DNA of 17,877 bases from Candidatus Krumholzibacteriota bacterium (GTDB taxonomy: Bacteria > Krumholzibacteriota > Krumholzibacteriia > LZORAL124-64-63): the NCBI GenBank assembly GCA_039714075.1, contig JBDLKA010000077.1, positions 1-17,877 on the forward strand, given 5' to 3'. How positions within the stretch are numbered: position 1 is the stretch's first letter; the number at the start of each line of letters is the position of its first letter. This document shows, in pieces, positions 9,124 through 16,678 of this stretch. A model generated the notes under the pieces. The model did not search any database. It was not told where the DNA came from and saw only the letters and a program-made list of their open reading frames with translations. A program made the translations under genes and the position numbers.

Positions 9124-10544
9124 CTCACCTCGAGCTGCCGGCGTGCCGCTTCGATCTCATGAACGGGCAGCAGTGCCGGATCCACATCGACCACCTGAAG
9201 CGGTTGGTTGGTCTGCCAGCGGCCGCGGGTGAAATCCGGTATCCGCTGGGAGTTTGATCGATGACCCACCGACGCGATGCTCAGTGGCACCACCGCGCTC
9301 CACGCCGCCGCGTCGTACACGTCCTGATCCAGCGGCAGCCCGTTCTTCAGACAGTAGATCAGCCTGTAGTCCATGATGAAGTCCATGCCGCCGTGGCCGC
9401 CAACCTTCCTGGCGATGTCACCGATGGTCCGGGTCAAGGGGTGCCGGTACTTCTCCTCGAGTTGGGCGAAGATCTCGTCATCGACCCAGCGGTGGCCATG
9501 TTCGTGCAGGCAGATGCCCTTGCGGGGCCACTTGCGAGCCATGCCCAACGAACCCTGCAACAGGTGGATTCGGCTATACGCGCGGGGGGTGCTCGTGTCG
9601 TGCTGCACCATCACGGTTTGGCCATTGGCACACTTTATCAGGGTAGTGTTCATGTCACCGCGGTAGGTGGGCAGATCACTGAACTCGGTGTTGCCCGTCT
9701 GCCGGGCGTGTTCGGTGAACGCCGCCTCCTGGCTGGACATGCTGGTCAGGTAGTCGAACGTGTTGCCCCGGTTTATGTCCAGACACTGGGCCACGGGCCC
9801 CAGCCCATGGGTGGGATAGAGGTTGCCGTTGAAGCGGAGATTGTGCTTGATGCGCCAGTTTCCCTGGTAGATCTCCCGGTCGTCTTTCGGCTGCATGTAG
9901 TCCACCAGCGAGTGGATGTAGGCGCCCTCGGCGTGGGTCAGCTCGCCGAACACGCCCTGGCGCACCATGTTGAAGGTCATCAGCTCGAAAAAATCATAGC
10001 AGCAGTTCTCCAGCATCATGCAGTGCTTGCCGGTGCGTTCGCTGGTGTCGACCAGGCGCCAGCAATCGTCGATGGTGGTGGCTGCCGGCACCTCGACCGC
10101 TGCGTGCTTGCCGTTTTCCATGGCGCCCACGGCCATGGGTACGTGCCACTCCCAGGGGGTGACGATGTAGACCAGATCCAGGTCCAGCTGGCAGAGATTG
10201 CGCCAGTCCTCGGGTCCGGCGGTGAACCCCTGGGCCAAAGGCCGGCCATGGTCTTTCAGGATGTTTTGGGTGTGGTCCACGCGGTCGGGCCGGATATCGC
10301 ATAGGGCGACGATGTCCACCCCCCGAATCTTGATCAGCCGCTCGACGGCGCCGGGTCCGCGCATGCCCAGGCCCACCACGCCTACGCGCACTTTTTCCAT
10401 GGCAGGTGCGGTGAAGCCGCACATGTTTCGGCGCGAACCGGTGGAGGGAAGCATCTGGCAGCCGGACAGGTTCCAGCTACCGACGGCACCCGCGGTGAGG
10501 GCCAGCAGCTCGAGGAATCGGCGGCGCGGCAATTGGGCACTCAT
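9120..10544 (-). CDS. GH109 NAD+-dependent alpha-N-acetylgalactosaminidase-type enzyme (Gfo/Idh/MocA fold), Tat-exported lipoprotein
   Basis: Twin-arginine RRRFL and lipobox LSG-C29. Rossmann VGVVGLGMRG, TPWEWH, EVPAA, MMLENCCY, YPTHGLGP, catalytic GGHGG and DVYDAA.WS. Its stop overlaps the next start (ATGA, 9120-9123). Confidence 0.92.
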   Translation of the reverse strand: MSAQLPRRRFLELLALTAGAVGSWNLSGCQMLPSTGSRRNMCGFTAPAMEKVRVGVVGLGMRGPGAVERLIKIRGVDIVALCDIRPDRVDHTQNILKDHGRPLAQGFTAGPEDWRNLCQLDLDLVYIVTPWEWHVPMAVGAMENGKHAAVEVPAATTIDDCWRLVDTSERTGKHCMMLENCCYDFFELMTFNMVRQGVFGELTHAEGAYIHSLVDYMQPKDDREIYQGNWRIKHNLRFNGNLYPTHGLGPVAQCLDINRGNTFDYLTSMSSQEAAFTEHARQTGNTEFSDLPTYRGDMNTTLIKCANGQTVMVQHDTSTPRAYSRIHLLQGSLGMARKWPRKGICLHEHGHRWVDDEIFAQLEEKYRHPLTRTIGDIARKVGGHGGMDFIMDYRLIYCLKNGLPLDQDVYDAAAWSAVVPLSIASVGHRSNSQRIPDFTRGRWQTNQPLQVVDVDPALLPVHEIEAARRQLEVR

Positions 10545-10612
10545 TACTTCTCCACTTTGGGTAAAGGATACTTCAACATGGGCCAGGCACGGATCAGGAG
10601 GTGACGTGATCG

Positions 10613-11944
10613 CTACCGAATCAAGGTAATGCGGCCGTTCTGCTCGAACGATTCGGACCTCAGGCGATAGAAAAAGACCCCGGAGCCGACTTCCAGCCCC
10701 CGGTCGTCGCCGCCGTCCCAGATGATCTCATGGGGACCCGCACTTCGAATCTCGTTCAGCAACCGACGAACACGCCGTCCGGAGACATCGAAGATCTCCA
10801 GCGTGACATTCTCCGCTGTCGCCAACCGGAAGGCTATTCGGGTGCTTGATTGGGCCGGATTCGGCCAGGTGGAGGCGAAGGGCGATCCAAGGGGTTCGCC
10901 GGTCGAATCCCGGGCTCCCGATACACTGGAGCAATAGGTGTCGAACGCATCGCGAGCAGTGTTCATGAACGTATACGACGTCGCCTCCGGTAGATTGGCG
11001 GTTGGAGTCGTGTACCAGGACTGGATCGTGATGACATCCGGGAAGATCGAATCCTGGACAAGACGGTTCATGTAGGAAATCGTCCCCGTGTAGAACTGCC
11101 AGTATCCAGAGCGCGGTTCCGCATTCACCACGAGGTGAAAGGCGATTCCTCGGTCCCGACACCAGCCCTGTATGCTTCTGAACTTCGTCGGATTATCGAC
11201 ATCCGCGTCGTTGTTATGCGTCCTGTTGGCGATGTAGTATTGATACGGACAGTCTACCTCGAAAAAATCCAGCGTATATCCGGCATCGACCAAGGCCGTA
11301 TATACGGTGTTCAACGCATCCAGGTAATAAACTCCGGTCTGGTCGGTGAAGTTGGGAAAAGGCTGATAACCAGGCAGTTCGGGGGTGAAGTCCCAGTTGG
11401 GAAGGTTCGAGATGAGCCCGATGCGGGCGTTCGGGTACTTGGCTCGGCACATCCCCCAGAACTCGACGATCTCGGCCGCGGCCTGTTCGAGATCGACCGT
11501 CGGATTCGCGATCATCATCAGCCGCCGAATGGGACCATCCAGATGTATGGCGGTGACTTGTCCACCGGCGGAAAAGACCGGATCCAGCTGCTGCTCGGCG
11601 ATGCCGAAGTTGTAGGCTGCGTTATCACCTGAAGGGAAATCGCCGTATTCGCAGGCGATGTCGATTCCATGCTGATCCATGAAGGCCACCATGCCCGCGG
11701 TATCGATCGGCCCGCACCAGGAATACATGCACCCGTAGTATTTGAAAAAATCGATTTGATCCGCGACCGTGGACCACTGGGAATAGGAGGTGAACAACGA
11801 GTCGACCGATGTGCCGTTCACATGGGATGGCGCCACGCCTATCTCGGTGAAGGGGCACGACCGCGCCGGGTCTCCGCAGCCAAAAGCGAAGACCACCGCG
11901 AACAGCACCTGAACGACGAACCGGGCAAAGGGCGAGCTATTCAT
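10613..11944 (-). CDS. Secreted protein with an uncharacterised N-terminal (probably TIM-barrel) domain and a C-terminal FlgD-Ig/T9SS-type sorting domain
   Basis: Hydrophobic N-terminal signal. C-terminal PNP...T.I.F.L......LEIFDVSGRRVRRL......G.H...WDG.DD.G..V.SGVFFYRL is the typical FlgD-Ig/Por-type tail. Confidence 0.8.
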   Translation of the reverse strand: MNSSPFARFVVQVLFAVVFAFGCGDPARSCPFTEIGVAPSHVNGTSVDSLFTSYSQWSTVADQIDFFKYYGCMYSWCGPIDTAGMVAFMDQHGIDIACEYGDFPSGDNAAYNFGIAEQQLDPVFSAGGQVTAIHLDGPIRRLMMIANPTVDLEQAAAEIVEFWGMCRAKYPNARIGLISNLPNWDFTPELPGYQPFPNFTDQTGVYYLDALNTVYTALVDAGYTLDFFEVDCPYQYYIANRTHNNDADVDNPTKFRSIQGWCRDRGIAFHLVVNAEPRSGYWQFYTGTISYMNRLVQDSIFPDVITIQSWYTTPTANLPEATSYTFMNTARDAFDTYCSSVSGARDSTGEPLGSPFASTWPNPAQSSTRIAFRLATAENVTLEIFDVSGRRVRRLLNEIRSAGPHEIIWDGGDDRGLEVGSGVFFYRLRSESFEQNGRITLIR

Positions 11945-12077
11945 TGTTCCACATCATCCTGTTGACTGCAGGGCCTGGTCTCTTCGCGGGATCATCGCCG
12001 GTTTGTGCCTCAGTGAGCAGATCCCCGGCAAGCCCGCAGCCTATGACATTAGCACAGGGACAAGGGTTGCAAACCCT

Positions 12078-13307
12078 CTATTGGCCGAAGAAGAGATAGC
12101 ACACCAGGATCGCGGCCGTCACGCCGGCCAGGTCCGCGGCCAGTCCGCAGATCACGGCGTGGCGACTGCGCTTTATCCCCACCGCTCCGAAGTACACGGC
12201 AAGGACGTAGAAGGTCGTTTCGGTGCTGCCCTGGATGATACTGGCCAGGCGGCCGGCGAACGAGTCGGCGCCGTGGGTCTGCATGGCTTCGACCATCATG
12301 CCGCGCGCCCCGCTGCCCGACAGGGGTTTCATGAAGGCGGTGGGCAGCCCGTCGATGAAGCGGGTGTCGATGCCGATTCCTCCGGCCGCCGATCGCAGCC
12401 CGTCCAGGACCAGGTCGAGCGCGCCGCTGGCTCGGAACACCCCGATCGCGACCAGCATCGCCACCAGATAGGGGATGATGCCGACGGCGACCTTGAACCC
12501 GTCCTTGGCGCCCTCGACGAAGGTCTCGTAGAGGTTGATCCCGCGTTTGATGCCCCCGGCCATGAACGCGATGATCACCGCGAAGATCAGGAAGTTCGCC
12601 AGGATCGAGGACTGGGTTTCCATGGCGGCCCGGTCCAGGCGGCTGAACCATACGACCAGACCCGCGATCAGCGCGGTCATGCCTCCGAGGTAGCCGAGGA
12701 CGACCGGATCGTACAGGCGGATCTTCTGGAACAGGCTGGTGATCAGCAGCCCGGCCAGGGTGCTGCAGTAGGTGGCGATCAGGATCGGCAGGAAGATGTC
12801 CGTCGGATCGGCCGCGCCCATCTGCGCGCGGAAGGTGAAGATGGTCACCGGCACGATCGTCACCGCCGAGGTGTTGATCACCAGGAACAGGATCTGGTCG
12901 TCGGAAGCGGTTTCCTTCTCGGGGTTGAGTTCCTGCAGTTCGCCCATCGCCTTCAGGCCCAGCGGCGTGGCGGCGTTGTCCAGTCCCAGCATGTTGGCGG
13001 CCATGTTCATGACGATGCTGCCGCTGGCGGGGTGCCCTGCGGGGATGCCGGGGAAGAGTTTGCGCAGCAGCGGGCCGAAGATTCTGGCCAGGAAATCAAC
13101 CGCGCCGCCCTTTTCGCCGATGCGCATGATGCCCAGCCACAGGCACATCACGCCGGTCAGGCCCAGGGCGATCTTGAAGGCGGTTTCGGCCATGTCGAAG
13201 GTCGAGCCGACAATGTCGCGCCAGACCTCGGTGTGGCCCATGAAGGCACGCGCGATCGCGGCGGCGAAGCCTCCGATGAAGAAGAAGGTCCAGATCCTGT
13301 TGAGCAT
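12078..13307 (-). CDS. spmAB: SpmA/SpmB fusion, nucleoside-recognition (Gate) domain membrane protein
   Basis: SpmA part: MLN.IW, NMAANMLGLDNAATPLGLKAM.ELQ.LNP. SpmB part: YE.FVEGAKDGF, KPLSGSG, QGSTETTFYVLAVYFG.V. Confidence 0.92.
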   Translation of the reverse strand: MLNRIWTFFFIGGFAAAIARAFMGHTEVWRDIVGSTFDMAETAFKIALGLTGVMCLWLGIMRIGEKGGAVDFLARIFGPLLRKLFPGIPAGHPASGSIVMNMAANMLGLDNAATPLGLKAMGELQELNPEKETASDDQILFLVINTSAVTIVPVTIFTFRAQMGAADPTDIFLPILIATYCSTLAGLLITSLFQKIRLYDPVVLGYLGGMTALIAGLVVWFSRLDRAAMETQSSILANFLIFAVIIAFMAGGIKRGINLYETFVEGAKDGFKVAVGIIPYLVAMLVAIGVFRASGALDLVLDGLRSAAGGIGIDTRFIDGLPTAFMKPLSGSGARGMMVEAMQTHGADSFAGRLASIIQGSTETTFYVLAVYFGAVGIKRSRHAVICGLAADLAGVTAAILVCYLFFGQ

Positions 13308-13355
13308 CCGTTCTCCAGGTTTACGGTGGCAGGTTCGGGCCGGAATGGCTGAATA

Positions 13356-13394
13356 AAACCTGCGGCGGGGCCAGCATAGCCCCGCCGCAGGTTT
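13356..13394 (-). terminator. Intrinsic terminator hairpin downstream of the beta-barrel gene, possibly bidirectional
   Basis: Perfect 16-bp inverted repeat AAACCTGCGGCGGGGC / GCCCCGCCGCAGGTTT with a 7-nt loop. The minus strand reads ...GGTTTTATT after the stem, about 40 nt past the stop at 13436. Confidence 0.8.
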
Positions 13395-13435
13395 CTGTCA
13401 TTCCCAATCAGCGGAAGCTGTGGGTGACCAATGAC

Positions 13436-14005
13436 TCAATAGGCCAGCCAGCTGACCGTGACCATCACGTTGGAAATGGTCCAATCAATCCCCTCGATGT
13501 CATTGTCCCCCGACACTCCCGAGTGTATGAGGGTGAGTTCGGCGATGACGTTCCGGGCAAATTCGAACCCGACACCGAGTGTAATTCCGAATCCCGACAT
13601 GGTTTCATCGACATCGCGGTCATTGACGACACCCACGCCCAGGCCTCCCGAAAAGAACACGGACGGGGCCTGGGGCTCCAGAAAGTAACTGACACCCGCC
13701 GCCGACATGCCGTTCGTCAATTTCCAATCAATCCCGGCTACCTCGGGGGTGTACCAAAGGGCCCGGTTGGTGTAGTAGAGAAGGACCTGGCTGCTGAGTC
13801 CACCGCCGATCTTTAAATCCGTCCCGAATCCCATGGCATCGAACGAGGCGCTGGCCCCGAATCCCGATGCTGACAATTTACCCTGTCCCATCCCCGCCCC
13901 GAGGTTCAGCATGAACCCATTTCGGTCCCCGTCGAACGCCGAGGCGGTCAAGGGAGCCACCAACAGAAACAATACCGTGGTAAGAAACAGAGCCTTAATC
14001 TTCAT
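13436..14005 (-). CDS. Outer-membrane beta-barrel protein (OMP_b-brl/OmpA-like TM domain)
   Basis: Probable start is the ATG at 14005 (MKIKALFLTTVLFLLVAPLTASA signal peptide) after AAGGAG. Gly- and aromatic-rich alternating strands, and a C-terminal ...VTVSWLAY aromatic beta-signal. Confidence 0.8.
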   Translation of the reverse strand: MKIKALFLTTVLFLLVAPLTASAFDGDRNGFMLNLGAGMGQGKLSASGFGASASFDAMGFGTDLKIGGGLSSQVLLYYTNRALWYTPEVAGIDWKLTNGMSAAGVSYFLEPQAPSVFFSGGLGVGVVNDRDVDETMSGFGITLGVGFEFARNVIAELTLIHSGVSGDNDIEGIDWTISNVMVTVSWLAY

Positions 14006-14178
14006 TCTTTTTCTCCTTATTAATTGTTTGGCGATTGGGACTGCAGGAAATTTACCAGCCATAATGATTTACTGTCATCAACAATGTTTTACCCCAGGAA
14101 TCCCAATTGGTGTGGCTTGATTCGGTGCCTGTGGCTACAGTGGGCTTGTGGCGGAAACAACATGAGAGGCCGTTTGGA

Positions 14179-15015
14179 ATGGAAACCGTTTGGGCAGGCA
14201 CACTGAAGAAAATGCGGGTGGAAGCCGCTGCTCCGGTGGAATACCACTTCACCGACGGCTGGTGGGAAAAAGAGAACCGCGCGACCGATCACGGAGTGAA
14301 CGACCATCTGGGCAAGCAGTTGGTGATCCGCTTTTCCGGCGAGATCAACTGCACCGCCTGCGGCCGCAAGACCAGGAAGACCTTCGCCCAGGGTTACTGT
14401 TTTCCCTGTTCCATGTCGCGGGCCGAGGCGGACATCTGCATCATCAAACCCGAGATGTGTCATTACGGCCAGGAAGACAACCCCTGCCGCGACGAGGAAT
14501 TCGCCCGGTCGCAGTGCTTCCGTCCGCACATCCTGTACTGTTCCATGACCAGTGGCGTGAAGGTGGGGATCACGCGGGAACCCAACGTGCCTTCGCGGTG
14601 GATAGACCAGGGGGCGGTGGCGGCCATTCCCGTGGCGCGCATGGCGGACCGGCGCACCGTCGGCCTGGTGGAAAAACGTCTCATCGGCGAGGGCTTTGCG
14701 GACAAGACCCACTGGACGCGCATGCTCAAGGGGAATCCCGAGGATTTCGACCTGGCCGGGGCGGTGGCCAGGGTGGTGGCCCGTTTGGAGGATTGGGGCG
14801 AAGAGGGCATCCTGCCGGAATCCGAAAGAAGGGAACACCGGTTCGAGTACCCGGTGCTCGACTGGCCGACCAAGGTCAAGAGCTTCAACCTGGACAAGGA
14901 TCCCGAGGCCGGCGGCGTGCTGCAGGGCATCAAGGGGCAGTACCTGATTTTCGACGGCGGGGTGATCAACCTGCGCAAGTACGCCGGTTACAAGGTGGAG
15001 ATCCTGGCCGGCTGA
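14179..15015 (+). CDS. DUF2797 domain-containing protein (Cys-rich)
   Basis: Probable start is the ATG at 14179 (METVWAGTLKKM). Motifs G.I.C..CGRKT.K.F.QGYCFPC, CI.KPE.CH...CRDEE....CF.PH..Y, KVGITR....RWIDQGA, DKT.W..ML and L.GIKGQYLIFD.GVIN.RK..GY. Confidence 0.85.
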   Translation: METVWAGTLKKMRVEAAAPVEYHFTDGWWEKENRATDHGVNDHLGKQLVIRFSGEINCTACGRKTRKTFAQGYCFPCSMSRAEADICIIKPEMCHYGQEDNPCRDEEFARSQCFRPHILYCSMTSGVKVGITREPNVPSRWIDQGAVAAIPVARMADRRTVGLVEKRLIGEGFADKTHWTRMLKGNPEDFDLAGAVARVVARLEDWGEEGILPESERREHRFEYPVLDWPTKVKSFNLDKDPEAGGVLQGIKGQYLIFDGGVINLRKYAGYKVEILAG

Positions 15016-15043
15016 TTTTCGTGTCTCCGGTGATTGACCGATC

Positions 15044-15078
15044 GGCCCGTCCCGTCCCCGGGCGGAGCCTCTTTTTTT
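15044..15078 (+). terminator. Probable intrinsic terminator after DUF2797
   Basis: GC-rich imperfect stem GGC-CCGTCC / GGGCGG-A-GCC followed by TCTTTTTTT, about 30 nt after the stop. Confidence 0.6.
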
Positions 15079-15199
15079 GACTCCTGGATGTCCAGTTCGG
15101 AAACAACCCATTCCATTTTAACAATCTGCGGCAAAACCTGGTTCCGGAATACGCCCTGCAAAGGGTCCGCCTGTTCACGAGGCAAGGACGCCACCCGAC

Positions 15200-15205
15200 A
15201 GGAGG
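15200..15205 (+). promoter_or_regulatory. Strong Shine-Dalgarno for the 87-aa peptide
   Basis: AGGAGG lies 7 nt upstream of the ATG at 15213. Confidence 0.8.
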
Positions 15206-15212
15206 AAACAGA

Positions 15213-15476
15213 ATGAATCAGAAAACGAATCCCCAGGACAACCAGCAGCCCGACCTTGAGGCGAGCCTCAGAAGGCTTGGCATCAGGGAGCTCGAGGAAC
15301 GCATGGAGATCAGTCCGCTGTTGACCGATACCGGCACCACGGCCACCGATCCGGATGTACCTTCGATCTGCTGTACCTGCAAGATTCCCGATCCCTTCGG
15401 CAAGGACGGGACGCTGCCTTATCCCACCATCGATCTCGGCCCCACCGGTCCCACGAATCCCAACGGGATGTGGTAG
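15213..15476 (+). CDS. Small peptide, putative RiPP precursor
   Basis: 87 aa with a perfect RBS. Amphipathic/acidic leader-like segment DLEASLRRLGIRELEERMEISPLL, a Thr/Asp-rich linker, a CCTCK cluster and a Pro/Gly/Thr-rich tail. Its stop overlaps the next start. The precursor role is inferred from context. Confidence 0.75.
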   Translation: MNQKTNPQDNQQPDLEASLRRLGIRELEERMEISPLLTDTGTTATDPDVPSICCTCKIPDPFGKDGTLPYPTIDLGPTGPTNPNGMW

Positions 15477-16675
15477 TGCCGACCTCCGGTGACAGCCGCC
15501 CGCCGCGGTCCGGATCTTCGCGGAGTTCCGGACCCGGCCGGCGGGACGGCAAAACGGCGGCCGATATCCGCGGGCAGTGGAGCGAGGCCGACTTCACCTG
15601 GGAGTTATGGAATCTACGGGCCCTGCTGCCCGATGCCTGCCGCGGTGATCTGCTGGATATCAAGCTCCGGCAGGAACTGGTGCTGGCAAGAGAGCGGGAG
15701 GCTCTTGCCGGTCTGTGGACCGGGGACCGGGACATCCTGGCCCCGGGCCACGGCTTTCTGGAGCGGAACCCGGAGCTGAAATCCGGGGTGACCGTGTCCA
15801 TGCACCTGGGCCCCTACCAGCTTCTGGCGGAACCCTTCCTGGCCGCGGGCCTGGAGCCGGTGATCCTGCTCAACAGCCAGGCCATGAAATCCTTCCAGCC
15901 GGGGACCAGGGCCCTGGTCCACCATCTGGGGTATCGCACCAGGATCCAGTGGGTGCCAGTGGGCGGCCGGGGATTTGTCCGTGCCCTGGTGCGGGCCGTC
16001 AGATCGGGCCGTCCGGTCCTGGTTTACCTCGACGGCAACAGCGGGGAAAAGGGGATGGAGGAAACCCGCAACCGCGGCTTGAAGTACAGCCTGCCCGGCC
16101 GCGACATCAGGGTCCGCACGGGATTGGCCAAACTGGTGTGCCGGCTCGGCTGTCCCGTACACCGTGTGTCGCTTCACTGGTCCGATGAATGGGATCTGAT
16201 CTGGCGCCGGGACCCCACCTTGACCTGGGGCCGGAGCGATCATCCCGACGTGGTGACCCGGGTGCTGTTCGACTGGTGCTTCGGCCGGATCATGGCCCGG
16301 CCCGAGCAATGGCAGTACTGGGCCATGCTGCGGGAATCCAGCGCGTGTTTCGGCAAGGGCCTGGGCGATGAAATCCGCGTTCCCGCGGGCCTGCGGTCCG
16401 ATTTCCGGAAATCCTTCGTGGCCTGCCTGGAAGGATCGCCGGAAACGGTGCGGATGATCCTGGAAAAGGAGATTGAGATATGGACGGGTGATGTGCTGGC
16501 CGATCTGACCGAGGACCGTTTCTATCCGGCGGACGGCATGAGCGACGAGGACCTCGACCCCCTGCGCGAAGGCCAACCCACCCTGGCCGAATTGACGTCC
16601 TACCACGGGGAATCCTGGGTCCGGTTCCATGGCCTGCGGCTCTGCCTGCTGGGCATGGCCCGGTTGGGCGGTTGA
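15470..16675 (+). CDS. LpxL/HtrB-like (LPLAT/LABLAT) acyltransferase with a C-terminal extension, possibly RRE/PqqD-like
   Basis: Motifs G...VSMHLGPYQ (H-G-x-Y/W block), .L.RA.RSG..V.VYLDG, V.TG.AKL....GCPV and I...PEQW.YW. GTG start at 15470 or 15476, overlapping the peptide stop. Confidence 0.75.
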   Translation: MVVPTSGDSRPPRSGSSRSSGPGRRDGKTAADIRGQWSEADFTWELWNLRALLPDACRGDLLDIKLRQELVLAREREALAGLWTGDRDILAPGHGFLERNPELKSGVTVSMHLGPYQLLAEPFLAAGLEPVILLNSQAMKSFQPGTRALVHHLGYRTRIQWVPVGGRGFVRALVRAVRSGRPVLVYLDGNSGEKGMEETRNRGLKYSLPGRDIRVRTGLAKLVCRLGCPVHRVSLHWSDEWDLIWRRDPTLTWGRSDHPDVVTRVLFDWCFGRIMARPEQWQYWAMLRESSACFGKGLGDEIRVPAGLRSDFRKSFVACLEGSPETVRMILEKEIEIWTGDVLADLTEDRFYPADGMSDEDLDPLREGQPTLAELTSYHGESWVRFHGLRLCLLGMARLGG

Positions 16676-16678
16676 AGG

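Noticed and set aside
12078..13307. SpmAB as evidence of sporulation
   Set aside because: Fused SpmAB homologues are widespread in non-sporulating diderm bacteria, and this window encodes an outer-membrane protein.
13402..14040. 8-bp inverted repeat TCCCAATC / GATTGGGA flanking the beta-barrel gene
   Set aside because: It is too short to distinguish from chance, and there is no transposase or target-site duplication.
14179..15015. DUF2797 as part of the RiPP operon
   Set aside because: It is separated by a probable terminator and about 200 nt of intergenic DNA, and I know of no link between this family and RiPP maturation.
15128..15197. c-di-GMP-I riboswitch (GGCAAA...GGACGC resemblance)
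   Set aside because: Spacing and the remaining consensus (GACGCAAAG, P3 receptor) do not fit, so it is kept only as a weak structured-leader note.
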